Positions 34,331 to 44,890 of a DNA stretch of 64,000 nucleotides are shown piece by piece. The notes below the pieces were generated by a model, which worked only from the letters and a program-made list of their open reading frames with translations, did not search any database and was not told the origin of the DNA. The number at the start of each line of letters is the position of its first letter. Position 1 is the stretch's first letter. This DNA is from Candidatus Rokuibacteriota bacterium (GTDB lineage Bacteria; Methylomirabilota; Methylomirabilia; Rokubacteriales; CSP1-6): NCBI GenBank assembly GCA_016193045.1, contig JACPSW010000001.1, forward strand, positions 1,579-65,578, written 5' to 3'. Made by a program: the position numbers and the translations under genes.

Positions 34331-34572
34331 TCCATCTGGAGGGGAGCGTTTTGGGGGCTTGACAGGAGTTGGGCCCCGGCATACCGTGGGGGTGCCCTGG
34401 GCAAGCTCGGGGTTGCCGGCAGAGGCTGGCCAACGGTCGGTCGAGATTGGGAGGGCGGGTCTGGGAGGCCAGGCCCCCCAGCGAACGATCTCGAAAGGTT
34501 GACGGCTGGCGGAACGTCGAGAAGCATTCCGAGCCCCGGGGCTTTTCTATGCCCCGGCTCCCGGCGCGGAGA

Positions 34573-35979
<1,407 letters not shown>

Positions 35980-36068
35980 AGCGGCTAGAAACCCAATATT
36001 TAGAGGGCTTTTCGGCCTTTGGGGATTCAGCCATCCCCCTCAATCAGGAAAACAGGTTGGCCAGGCTA

Positions 36069-36098
36069 TCCGTTCCTTATGCTTCCGTTCCTTATGCT
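36069..36098. repeat. Perfect 15-bp tandem duplication in the rpoD / cinA divergent intergenic region
   Basis: TCCGTTCCTTATGCT occurs at 36069-36083 and again at 36084-36098. Confidence 0.9.
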
Positions 36099-36151
36099 AA
36101 GGACGCGGGGATCCCCCCCGGTATTCACACGTGGTCTATAATGGGGCGTCC

Positions 36152-37366
36152 ATGCAGGCCGAAATCGTCAGCGTCGGGTCGGAGCTCCTGCTCGGCCAGA
36201 TCGTGGACACCAACTCCGCGGTCATCGGCCGCCACCTGGCCGCCGTCGGGCTTGACCTCTTTTACAAGACCACGGTCGGGGACAACCTGAGCCGCCTCAC
36301 CGCCGTGCTCCGCCAGGCCCTGGCCCGCTCCGAGGTCGTCATCACGACGGGAGGCATCGGCCCGACCGCCGACGACGTCACCCGCGAGGCCGTGGCGGCC
36401 GCGACCGGCCGGGAACTCGAATTCTCCAGGCACCTCATGGCGCAGATCGAGGCCTTCTTCCGGGCCCGGGGCTTCAAACTTTCCCCCTCCAACCGCCGCC
36501 AGGCCTTCATCCCGCGCGGGGCCATCCCCATCGAGAATCCCGTGGGCACGGCGCCGGCCTTCGTCGTCGAAGTCGGGGAGCGGTGCGTGATAACCCTGCC
36601 GGGGGTCCCCCGGGAGATGGAGCATCTGCTCGTGACGCGCGTCCTCCCCTACCTCCGCGAGCGCTACGGGCTCAAGGGCGAGATCCGCCTCAGGGTGCTG
36701 AAGGTGGTCGGGCTGGGGGAGAGCCGGATCGGGGAACTCCTGGCGGACTTCATGGAGAAGGGACGGAACCCGACCATCGGCACCCTGGCTCACCTGGGCC
36801 AGGTGGATGTGCGGATCGCCGCCAAAGGATCCGACGCCGAGACCGCCCAGCGGCTGATCGAGCCCGTGGAGGCGCAAATCAGGGAGCGGCTCGGGGATCT
36901 GATCTTCGGGGCTGACAGCGAAACGCTGGAGAGCGTCATCGCCGCCCAGGTGAGGCGCGTGGGGGCCCACGTGGCGGTGGCCGAGTCGGGGAGCGGCGGG
37001 GTGGTCGCCGAGCGCCTGGCCGCGGGAATCGCAGAGGGGTTCGCCGGCGGGGTCGTGCTGGGGGGCCCGGACGGCTCCGCCTGGCTGGGCGCCGACTTCC
37101 CGAAAGACGCCGGCCCCGAGGCCAAGGCGCGGGTTCTCGCCCTGCGGGCGCGCGAGTGGCACGACGTCCGGGTCGGCGCCGCGACCGTGTTCCAGGACGA
37201 CCCGGGCTCGGATCCCCCGGTCACCGTGGTCGGCCTCGCCGTGGCGTTCGATGGGCGTTTCGAGAGTCGGGAATACCGCTTCGGGGGAGACCTTCCCTCG
37301 ATGAAAATCCGGACTGCCACGCTGGCCCTGGACCTGCTGCGGCGCGCCCTCGGCCAGCTCGCCTGA
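36152..37366 (+). CDS. cinA: CinA-family competence/damage-inducible protein (MoCF-binding domain + PncC-like nicotinamide-nucleotide amidase domain)
   Basis: MQAEIVSVGSELLLGQIVDTNSA...VVITTGGIGPTADDVTRE...LPGVPREM is the canonical CinA N-terminal domain. The C-terminal half is a CinA_C-type domain (VAVAESGSGG). Confidence 0.88.
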   Translation: MQAEIVSVGSELLLGQIVDTNSAVIGRHLAAVGLDLFYKTTVGDNLSRLTAVLRQALARSEVVITTGGIGPTADDVTREAVAAATGRELEFSRHLMAQIEAFFRARGFKLSPSNRRQAFIPRGAIPIENPVGTAPAFVVEVGERCVITLPGVPREMEHLLVTRVLPYLRERYGLKGEIRLRVLKVVGLGESRIGELLADFMEKGRNPTIGTLAHLGQVDVRIAAKGSDAETAQRLIEPVEAQIRERLGDLIFGADSETLESVIAAQVRRVGAHVAVAESGSGGVVAERLAAGIAEGFAGGVVLGGPDGSAWLGADFPKDAGPEAKARVLALRAREWHDVRVGAATVFQDDPGSDPPVTVVGLAVAFDGRFESREYRFGGDLPSMKIRTATLALDLLRRALGQLA

Positions 37367-37376
37367 AGCCCCGCCG

Positions 37377-37970
37377 TCACTCGGCGGGGGTGAGCCGGAG
37401 GTCAAACCCCGCCCGCACCCCGTCGCCCACTGCCAGGAAGAACCGCTTCGGAGGCGTGATTCCGAAGTCGGTCAGCTTGAGATCGGTCTCGCCGCGCACC
37501 CAGATCATTCCCGCCTCGAGGCGCGCGCGCGCCGTCCACGTTGTGGGGCGCTCGACGCCGCGGATGCGCAGCACCCCCCTGATCCGGAGGATGACGTCCG
37601 TATGCTCGGCCAGGGAGGGGAAGGAGCTCTTCACCTCCTCGGGGCTGAAGCGGATCTCGCTGTACCGGTCGGTCTCGAGCGTCTTCCTGAGGTCGCTGTC
37701 GCGGCGGGCGCTGCCCGTCCGGAGCCCGGCGGGGCTGGCGGCCACGCTGCCGGCAACGCCGAAGGGGATGTTGGCGGGATCCAGCCGCAGCTGTCCCGTG
37801 ACCTCCTCGGTCGTGCCGGAGAAATCGCCGAGGGGATAGCTCGCGTCGAACGTCGCACGGCTTTTTCCGGCGACGACGGTGTACGCTTTCGGCTCCCCGT
37901 CGGCGCCCGTCGGAACGAGGAGGAGGGCGAGGAACAGAATGGCCAGGAGCATGGCGCCCCCTGATACCAC
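37377..37970 (-). CDS. YceI-like periplasmic (polyisoprenoid-binding) protein
   Basis: Signal peptide, then KSRATFDASYPLGDFSGTTEEVTGQLRLDP...LRIRGVERP... is the YceI-domain pattern. Confidence 0.8.
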   Translation of the reverse strand: MVSGGAMLLAILFLALLLVPTGADGEPKAYTVVAGKSRATFDASYPLGDFSGTTEEVTGQLRLDPANIPFGVAGSVAASPAGLRTGSARRDSDLRKTLETDRYSEIRFSPEEVKSSFPSLAEHTDVILRIRGVLRIRGVERPTTWTARARLEAGMIWVRGETDLKLTDFGITPPKRFFLAVGDGVRAGFDLRLTPAE

Positions 37971-38037
37971 GCGGGCCCGACTCGGTCAACGGGGCGAATC
38001 TGGTTGACAGTGACGGAGACGGGGATTTATCGTCAAA

Positions 38038-38607
38038 ATGCCTCATATGGTGAAGATTTACACGAAGAAGGGCGACGAAGGGCAGACCAGCCTGTTTGGC
38101 GGCCAGCGAATCTCGAAGTCCGACCCGCGTCCGGAGGCCTTCGGCACGCTGGACGAAGCCTGCGCGATCCTCGGCGTGGCGCGCGCGGCCGCCGACAATC
38201 CCGATCTCCAGGCTGTCATCCACTCGATCCAGGAGGACCTGTTCCTCCTGGGGGCGGAGCTGGCGACGGCGCCGGAAGACCGCCCGAGGCTGTCGGTCGA
38301 GCAGATCTCCCCGGCGCACACCACCCGGCTGGAATCGTTGATCGACGAGCGCCTGGCCAAGATCGAGCTGCCGCGGGCCTTCATTATCCCCGGCTCCTCT
38401 TCCTACATTCCCGCCCTCCTCGACTGGGCCCGGGCCGTGCTGCGGCGCGCCGAGCGGCGCGTCGTCGAGCTGCGGGAGGCCGGGCTCCTCGACAATGCGG
38501 AGGTCCTGAAGTACCTCAACCGCCTGGCGGATCTCCTCTTCGTCCTGGCCCGCTACCAGGAGGCTCAGGAGGGGAAGGGGGCGGTCCAGTGGCGGGGCCG
38601 AAGATAA
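38038..38607 (+). CDS. PduO-type ATP:cob(I)alamin adenosyltransferase
   Basis: VKIYTKKGDEGQTSLFGGQRISKSDPRPEAFGTLDEA...QEDLF.LGAELA...FIIPGSS. The start could be ATG 38038 or ATG 38047. Confidence 0.88.
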   Translation: MPHMVKIYTKKGDEGQTSLFGGQRISKSDPRPEAFGTLDEACAILGVARAAADNPDLQAVIHSIQEDLFLLGAELATAPEDRPRLSVEQISPAHTTRLESLIDERLAKIELPRAFIIPGSSSYIPALLDWARAVLRRAERRVVELREAGLLDNAEVLKYLNRLADLLFVLARYQEAQEGKGAVQWRGRR

Positions 38608-38611
38608 GGCC

Positions 38612-40048
38612 GTGGCGACCGCGCCGAGCGCGAGCTACAGCCTGACGGTCCGCCTGGAGATCCGGCAGCGGCCGGGGATGCTCGGCCGCGTCACCTCCGC
38701 CATCGGCGCCGCCGGGGGCGACATCGGGGCCGTGGACCTGGTGGAAACCACCCGCGAGCGTGTCGCCCGCGACATCACGATCAACTGCCGCGACAGCGAG
38801 CACGGCCAGGAGATCGTCAACCGCCTCCGCGGCGTCGCCGGCGTGCGGGTGGTCAACGTCTCGGACCGGACCTTTCTGATGCACCTGGGGGGCAAGATCG
38901 AGGTGCGCAACAAGGTTCCCATCCGGACGCGCGACGACCTCTCGATGGCTTACACGCCCGGGGTGGCCCGCGTCTGCCTCGCCATCCGGGAGGACCGCCA
39001 GCGGGCCTTCGAGCTGACCATCAAGCAGAACTCGATCGCGGTGGTCACGGACGGGAGCGCGGTGCTCGGGCTCGGCGACATCGGCCCGGAGGCCGCCCTG
39101 CCCGTGATGGAAGGCAAGGCGATGCTATTCAAGGAGCTCGCCGGGGTGGACGCGTTCCCGATCTGCCTGGCGACCAAGGACCCCGACAAGATCGTGGAGA
39201 CCGTGAAGCTCATCGCACCCACCTTCGGCGGGATCAACCTGGAAGACATTTCCGCGCCCCGCTGCTTCGAGGTGGAGGAGCGGCTCCGGAAGGAGCTGGA
39301 CCTGCCCGTGTTCCACGACGATCAGCACGGGACGGCGGTGGTTGTCCTGGCCGCGCTCCTGAATGCTCTCCGCCTGGTGAAGAAGGATCGGAGGAAGGTC
39401 CGGGTGGTCGTCTGCGGCGTCGGGGCGGCGGGGACGGCCACGATCAAGATCCTGCTCTCCGTCGGAGTGCGCCAGATCGTCGGCGTGGACGAGCACGGCA
39501 CGCTCTACCGCGGGCGCGGGGTCGGGATGGATTTCATGAAGCGCTGGGTGTCCGGGGCGACGAATCCGCGGAATCTCCGGGGGATGCTGTCGGACGCCGT
39601 GAAGGGCGCGGACGTCTTCATCGGCCTCTCGGTCCCGGGCGTGCTGACGGTGAAGGACGTCCAGAGCATGGCCAAGCGCCCTATCGTGTTCGCCATGGCC
39701 AATCCGGTGCCGGAGATCCAGCCCGAGGCCGCTCAGAGGCACGTGGCGGTCATGGCGACCGGCCGGTCGGACTACCCGAACCAGATCAACAACGTGCTGT
39801 GCTTCCCGGGCTTCTTCCGCGGCCTGCTCGATTGCCGGGCGCGCCTCGTCAACGACGAAATGAAGATCGCCGCGGCCCGGGCCATTGCCGAGAGCGTGCC
39901 GCCGGGCGAGCTGACGCCGGAGTACATCATCCCGAGCGTCTTCAACAAGAAGGTCGTGCCGGCCGTGGCGCGGGCGGTCGCCCGCGCCGCGCAGCAGACC
40001 GGCGTGGCCCTGCGCCGCCGCCGCGTCGAGATCCCCGGGTCTTTCTGA
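38612..40048 (+). CDS. maeA: NAD(P)-dependent malic enzyme with N-terminal ACT domain
   Basis: GTG start. ACT-like LTVRLEIRQRPGMLGRVTSAIGAAGGDIGAVDLV. Then SMAYTPGVARVC, VVTDGSAVLGLGDIG, GINLEDISAPRCFE, FHDDQHGTAVV and GVGAAG are malic enzyme signatures. Confidence 0.92.
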   Translation: MATAPSASYSLTVRLEIRQRPGMLGRVTSAIGAAGGDIGAVDLVETTRERVARDITINCRDSEHGQEIVNRLRGVAGVRVVNVSDRTFLMHLGGKIEVRNKVPIRTRDDLSMAYTPGVARVCLAIREDRQRAFELTIKQNSIAVVTDGSAVLGLGDIGPEAALPVMEGKAMLFKELAGVDAFPICLATKDPDKIVETVKLIAPTFGGINLEDISAPRCFEVEERLRKELDLPVFHDDQHGTAVVVLAALLNALRLVKKDRRKVRVVVCGVGAAGTATIKILLSVGVRQIVGVDEHGTLYRGRGVGMDFMKRWVSGATNPRNLRGMLSDAVKGADVFIGLSVPGVLTVKDVQSMAKRPIVFAMANPVPEIQPEAAQRHVAVMATGRSDYPNQINNVLCFPGFFRGLLDCRARLVNDEMKIAAARAIAESVPPGELTPEYIIPSVFNKKVVPAVARAVARAAQQTGVALRRRRVEIPGSF

Positions 40049-40066
40049 CCGCCCAGCCAGCCCGCC

Positions 40067-40807
40067 ATGGAAAGGAACGGATCGATCGTCTGGTCGGTGA
40101 TCATCCCGGCGTACGACGAGGCCGAGCGCCTGCCGGCCTACCTGCGGGAGGTCGTCGCCTTTTTCGAGGAGCGGGGGGAGCCCTACGAGGTCATCGTGGT
40201 GGACGACGGAAGCCGCGACGCCACGCCGGAGCGGGTGCGGGAGCTCGAGGCGGCGCACTCCCGCGTCCGGCTGATCGCGCTTCCCCAGAACCGCGGGAAG
40301 GGCCATGCGGTCAGGGTCGGGATGGTGAACGCCCGGGGCGCGTTCCGGCTCTTCGCCGACGCCGACGGCGCGACGCCCATCGTGGAACTCAAGCGCCTGC
40401 TGCCGGCCCTCGAGGCCGGCGCCGACATCGTGATCGGGTCGCGAGCGCTGGCGGACCCCGCCGTGTCGGTGCAGGCCCGCGTCCACCGGGTGTGGGCCGG
40501 ACGCGTCTTCAACTGGCTCGTGGCCCGGCTGGGGCTCGAGGGCATCGCGGACTCGCAATGCGGGTTTAAGTGCTTCAGGACGGCGGCGGCGGAGCACCTC
40601 TTCCGCGCCATCCGGACCGACGGGTACGGCTTCGATGTGGAGCTCCTGCTCCTGGCCCAGCGCCGCGGCTACCGGATCGCCGAAGTCGCCATCAATTGGG
40701 TCGATCAGCCGGGGAGCAAGGTCCGGGTCCTCGCCGACGGCCCGCGGATGCTCTGGCAGATCCTCGCGGCGCGCCGCGCCCTGGCGCGCGGTCGCTCGGG
40801 GCGGTGA
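40067..40807 (+). CDS. GT2-family glycosyltransferase (polyprenyl-phosphate sugar synthase-like)
   Basis: VIIPAYDEAERLP...VIVVDDGSRDAT...NRGKGHAVRVG...ADADGATP...DSQCGFKCF is the pattern of DPM1/dolichyl-phosphate glucose synthase-like GT2 enzymes. Confidence 0.85.
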   Translation: MERNGSIVWSVIIPAYDEAERLPAYLREVVAFFEERGEPYEVIVVDDGSRDATPERVRELEAAHSRVRLIALPQNRGKGHAVRVGMVNARGAFRLFADADGATPIVELKRLLPALEAGADIVIGSRALADPAVSVQARVHRVWAGRVFNWLVARLGLEGIADSQCGFKCFRTAAAEHLFRAIRTDGYGFDVELLLLAQRRGYRIAEVAINWVDQPGSKVRVLADGPRMLWQILAARRALARGRSGR

Positions 40808-40812
40808 CGCCA

Positions 40813-41973
40813 ATGGATCTTCCTCCTCGGATGGCCCGACGCGTCCAGGAGATCGAGCCGTTCCTCGCCGTCGAGGTGTTCGAGCGCGCCCAGGAGCTCG
40901 AGCGCCAGGGGATCGACGTGGTCCACCTGGAGTTCGGCGAGCCCGACTTCGAGACCCCCCCGGTGATCCAGGAGGCCGCGCAGAAGGCGATCAAGGACGG
41001 GCGGACGAAGTACACGGCGAGCCTCGGCATCCTGCCGCTCCGGGAGGCGATCGCCGAGCACTACCGGGACCGCTACGGCGTCGAGGTCTCGCCCGACCAG
41101 ATCCTGGTGACCGCCGGGACGTCGCCGGCCATGCTGCTCCTGTTCATGCTGCTGCTGGACCCCGGCGACGAGGTGATCCTGTCGGATCCCCACTACGCCT
41201 GCTACCCCAACTTCGTCCGCTACGCCGAGGGGACCCCCATCTACGTCGACGTGGAGGAGGAGGACGCCTTCCAGTACCGCCCCGAGGCCATCCGCGAGCG
41301 GCTCTCGGCCCGGGTCAAGGCGATCCTCGTCAACTCCCCCGCCAATCCCACGGGGACGCTGCTCTCCGCCGACCGGATGGCCCGGGTGGCCGAGCTGGGG
41401 CCGTGGGTCGTGTCCGACGAGATCTATCACGGGCTCACCTACGAGGGGAAAGAGCACTCGATCCTCGAGTTCACGGACCACGCATTCGTGCTGAACGGGT
41501 TTTCCAAGGCCTTCGCCATGACCGGGTGGCGGCTGGGCTACCTGATCGCCCCCCGGCCGTTCATGCGCACGCTGCAGAAGGCCTACCAGAACTTCTTCAT
41601 CTCGACCAACGAGTTCGTCCAGTGGGCGGGGGTGGCCGCGCTCAAGGAGGCGGCGGAGGATGCGGCCCGCTTCCGGAAGATCTTCGACGAGCGGCGCCGG
41701 GCCATGATCGCGGGCCTCCGCGCGGTCGGGCTGGGTGTCGGCTCGGAACCCACGGGCGCCTTCTACGTGCTGGCGAACGCCAAACGGTTCACGCGGAACT
41801 CCTACGAGTTCGCCTTCCAGATCCTCGAGAGCGCTCACGTCGGCGTCACCCCCGGCATCGACTTCGGCCGGAATGCCGAGGGCTACCTCCGCTTCTCCTA
41901 CGCCAACTCGCTGCCCCGCATCCGGGAAGGCCTGGGGAGGATCGGCACGTTCCTGGCCGGGATCGCCCGGTGA
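40813..41973 (+). CDS. Class I/II pyridoxal-phosphate aminotransferase (aspartate aminotransferase-like)
   Basis: ATG 40813. VVHLEFGEPDFETP, NSPANPTG, and GFSKAFAMTGWRLGY (PLP lysine motif SKxFxMTGWRxG). Confidence 0.9.
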   Translation: MDLPPRMARRVQEIEPFLAVEVFERAQELERQGIDVVHLEFGEPDFETPPVIQEAAQKAIKDGRTKYTASLGILPLREAIAEHYRDRYGVEVSPDQILVTAGTSPAMLLLFMLLLDPGDEVILSDPHYACYPNFVRYAEGTPIYVDVEEEDAFQYRPEAIRERLSARVKAILVNSPANPTGTLLSADRMARVAELGPWVVSDEIYHGLTYEGKEHSILEFTDHAFVLNGFSKAFAMTGWRLGYLIAPRPFMRTLQKAYQNFFISTNEFVQWAGVAALKEAAEDAARFRKIFDERRRAMIAGLRAVGLGVGSEPTGAFYVLANAKRFTRNSYEFAFQILESAHVGVTPGIDFGRNAEGYLRFSYANSLPRIREGLGRIGTFLAGIAR

Positions 41974-41977
41974 CGGG

Positions 41978-44155
41978 TTGAAGCGTCTGGCGGCTGCCCC
42001 CGGCGTCCAGCTGGCGGGAATCTTCGGCGCCCTGGCGATCGTGGCAGCGGTGTGGGTCCAGACGGATCGGCGCCCGCCGGAGTGGGACCACGCCAACCAC
42101 CTCGAGCGCGCCGCCCTCTGCGGCCAGATCCTGGCGGACCGGGGCCTGGCCGGTTGGGCGGAGATCGTCGAGATGTCGTCGTTCTACCCGCCGGTGGTCC
42201 CGTGCTCGGCGGGGCTCCTCTCGCTCCTCTTCCCGCCCGCCCCGCTCGCGGCCCAGTCGGTGATCCTGGCCTTCCTGGCGCTGGCGCTCGTTTCTCTCTT
42301 CTTCCTCGGCCGGCGGCTCTTTGACCCCCCGGCGGGGATGCTGGCGGCCCTCATCTTCGGGGCGGCGCCCTTTGTGGTCTTCTCGACGACGAATTTCCAG
42401 CTCGACTTGCCTCTGGCGGCCGCCGTGAGCCTGGCCCTCCTGGCGCTCGTCCGCACCGAGGATTTCTCGCGCCGTGCCTGGTCCGCGGCCGCCGGGCTCT
42501 CCTTCGCCTTCGGGATGCTGGTCAAGCCGCCCTTCGCCGTCTACCTGCTCCCGCCGCTCGCACTCGTGGCCTGGCGCTCGCTGCGCGGCCCTGATCGCCG
42601 GGCCCGTGTGGTGAACCTGGGCATCGCCCTTCTGCTGGGCGGCGCCCTGAGCCTCCCCTGGTACGGGCCGCGGCTCTTCGGCCTGCCGCTCCAGATTGCC
42701 AGCCGCTCCTTCAGGCAGGCCACCCTTCAGGGATCGCCGGAGATTCTGAGCGGTGCCGCGCTGCTGCTGTACCCGCGGACCCTGCCGGCGATCTTCGGGC
42801 TGCTGGCGGCCCCCCTCTTCGCCTGGGGCTTGCTGGCGCTGGCGCGCCGGCGGGCCAGTCGCGGCCTGCTCTGGAGCGCGTCGCTCGTGCCGTTCGTAGT
42901 GTTCCTCCTGATCCAGAACAAGAACTACCGCTACGTGCTCCCGCTCCTGCCCGTGGCGGCGCTCATCGCCGCCGCCGGCGTCCGCGCTCTCGCCCCCGTC
43001 TGGCGGCGCGGCCTGGCCGTGGCGCTCGTCTGTGTGTCGGCGCTCCAGGTCGGCGCGGCGGCCTTTGGCCTTCCGCCTCTCGGGCGGTGGGCGCCGCTGG
43101 GGATCCCGCTGGTCTTCTCGTTTCCTCCATCGCCGGCGGAGTGGCCGCACCGCCAGATCCTGGACGTGATCGTTCGTGAGGCCGGCGGCAGGCCGGCCAC
43201 GGTCAGCGTGGTGCCCAACTACAACTTCTTCTCGGTCTCCAACTTCCGGTACTACGCCGTGCGCGACCGGCTGCCGCTCCGCTGGATGCGGGCCTGGGAC
43301 GACTACCCGCTCGGGGTGGAGTTCATCGTCCTGAAGACGGGCAGTCTGGGGCCGGCCTTCTCGGTCGCCAAGGCCCAGCGCATCATGGAGCGGCTCGCCC
43401 GGGGCGACCCCGCCTTCGAGCAAGCGTTTCCGGTGATCTGGGAGGGGGCGCTCCCCGACGGCAGCCAAGCCAGCGTGCGGCACCGCCGGCTGAGGCCCGT
43501 GGTGGGAGCGAACCCGTCCGACCTGGCCCGCCGCCTCAGGGAGGGGGTCGTCGTCTTCCTGGATCCATATGCGCGAGACCTGGACCAGTTGACGGTGGAC
43601 CTCTCGGCGGAGCCCCAGGCGCTCCTCCGTGGAGAGATCCGCCGGGTGCGGCTGGAAGCCAAGAGCGCTCGGGTGGCGGAGTTCGCGCGGGACGGGGCCC
43701 AGCTCCGCCTGGGGGAGATCCGCGTGAGCCTCGAGGGGGTCCTCGTCAACCCCGACCGCCTGGCGGCGTCGGGGGAGATCGAGCTGCTCGCCATCGAGAG
43801 GATGCGGGTCGAGCACCTCGTCGTCACGGAGGAGGATCTCCGCCGCTTTCTGGGGGGATTGCGGCGGCTCGGCGGGCTGACGGTCGGGCTGGAAGACGGC
43901 GCCGTCAGCGTGGCGCTGGCCCAGCGGGGACCGGACGTGGCCGGCCGGTTGAAGCTCTCGAACGGGACGGGGGGCGCCCCGCTCACGGTCCGCGCGGAGC
44001 AGCTGAGCCTCGGCGGCATCCCGCTGCCGCCGCTACTCGCCCACTGGCTCTTCCGTCACTACGACCCCACCTCGCGCCTGGCGCGGCTGCCCATGGCCGT
44101 GGAGCTGGGCCAGATCCGCGCGGAGCCCCACCGCATCGTGATCGGGGCTCCATAG
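41978..44155 (+). CDS. GT-C fold membrane glycosyltransferase (ArnT/PMT-like, GT39/GT83-type) fused to a C-terminal DUF2993/LmeA-like domain
   Basis: TTG 41978 lies 5 nt after the aminotransferase stop. About 11 hydrophobic segments in the first ~420 aa, with an early DxxxH loop (EWDHANHLERA). The C-terminal soluble ~250 aa has repeated L(R/S)LGEIRV / LRGEIRRVRLEA-type strands. The start is uncertain. Confidence 0.65.
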   Translation: MKRLAAAPGVQLAGIFGALAIVAAVWVQTDRRPPEWDHANHLERAALCGQILADRGLAGWAEIVEMSSFYPPVVPCSAGLLSLLFPPAPLAAQSVILAFLALALVSLFFLGRRLFDPPAGMLAALIFGAAPFVVFSTTNFQLDLPLAAAVSLALLALVRTEDFSRRAWSAAAGLSFAFGMLVKPPFAVYLLPPLALVAWRSLRGPDRRARVVNLGIALLLGGALSLPWYGPRLFGLPLQIASRSFRQATLQGSPEILSGAALLLYPRTLPAIFGLLAAPLFAWGLLALARRRASRGLLWSASLVPFVVFLLIQNKNYRYVLPLLPVAALIAAAGVRALAPVWRRGLAVALVCVSALQVGAAAFGLPPLGRWAPLGIPLVFSFPPSPAEWPHRQILDVIVREAGGRPATVSVVPNYNFFSVSNFRYYAVRDRLPLRWMRAWDDYPLGVEFIVLKTGSLGPAFSVAKAQRIMERLARGDPAFEQAFPVIWEGALPDGSQASVRHRRLRPVVGANPSDLARRLREGVVVFLDPYARDLDQLTVDLSAEPQALLRGEIRRVRLEAKSARVAEFARDGAQLRLGEIRVSLEGVLVNPDRLAASGEIELLAIERMRVEHLVVTEEDLRRFLGGLRRLGGLTVGLEDGAVSVALAQRGPDVAGRLKLSNGTGGAPLTVRAEQLSLGGIPLPPLLAHWLFRHYDPTSRLARLPMAVELGQIRAEPHRIVIGAP

Positions 44156-44166
44156 GGAGAAAAAGC

Positions 44167-44820
44167 ATGGCTGAGTCGCTCGAGAAAAAGAAGGCGCGGG
44201 CCCGCTCGATCATCCGGGCCCTGGAGCGGGCGCATCCCGACGCCGAGATCGCGCTCGAGTTTTCCACCCCGCTGGAGCTTCTGGTGGCGACGATCCTGGC
44301 GGCCCAGTGCACCGACGAGCGGGTGAACCGGGTGACGCGCACCCTGTTCAAGAAGTACACGAGCGCGGAGGACTACGCCCGGGCGAGCCTGCCGACCTTC
44401 GAGCGGGAGATTCACTCGACGGGGTTCTACAGGGCCAAGGCCCGTGCGGTCCTCGGCATGGCGAAGGACCTGGTGGCCAAGCACGGCGGGACGGTGCCGC
44501 GAACACTAGAGGAGCTGACGGCGCTGCCGGGGGTCGGCAGGAAGACGGCCAACGTGGTCCTGGGCAACGCCTACGGTCAGCCGGCGATCGCGGTGGACAC
44601 CCACGTTTTCCGCGTGTCCCAGCGGCTCGGGCTCGCCAAGTCGGACGACCCGGACAAGGTGCACGACCAACTCTGCGCTGTGATTGCCAAGCCCAAGTGG
44701 ACGCTTGTCACCCACCTCCTCACGACGCACGGCCGCCGGGTATGCACGGCCCGGACCCCGGCCTGCCCCACCTGTCCGGTCCGGGCGCTCTGCCCCTGGC
44801 CCGGCAAGACCCTCAAGTAG
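44167..44820 (+). CDS. nth: Endonuclease III (DNA glycosylase/AP lyase)
   Basis: HhH-GPD region LPGVGRKTANVVL...VDTHVFRV and the C-terminal 4Fe-4S loop CTARTPACPTCPVRALC. Confidence 0.93.
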   Translation: MAESLEKKKARARSIIRALERAHPDAEIALEFSTPLELLVATILAAQCTDERVNRVTRTLFKKYTSAEDYARASLPTFEREIHSTGFYRAKARAVLGMAKDLVAKHGGTVPRTLEELTALPGVGRKTANVVLGNAYGQPAIAVDTHVFRVSQRLGLAKSDDPDKVHDQLCAVIAKPKWTLVTHLLTTHGRRVCTARTPACPTCPVRALCPWPGKTLK

Positions 44821-44829
44821 GGCTTTTGC

Positions 44830-44858
44830 TTGACAGTTCGAGCACTTTCCCTTAATGT
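44830..44858 (+). promoter_or_regulatory. Candidate sigma-70 promoter for rplM-rpsI
   Basis: TTGACA (44830-44835), 17-nt spacer, TAATGT (44853-44858). It lies 33 nt upstream of the rplM ATG, which is preceded by GGAAGGGGAG. Confidence 0.55.
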
Positions 44859-44890
44859 ATGTGGTTGCGACTTTTTCGAGGAAGGGGAGC

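Noticed and set aside
34331-34572. tRNA, SRP RNA or 6S RNA gene in the largest intergenic gap.
   Set aside because: - I found no GTTCGAATC-type T-loop, no cloverleaf arms and no SRP domain IV motif.
- Only a weak sRNA hypothesis is retained, as a low-interest finding.
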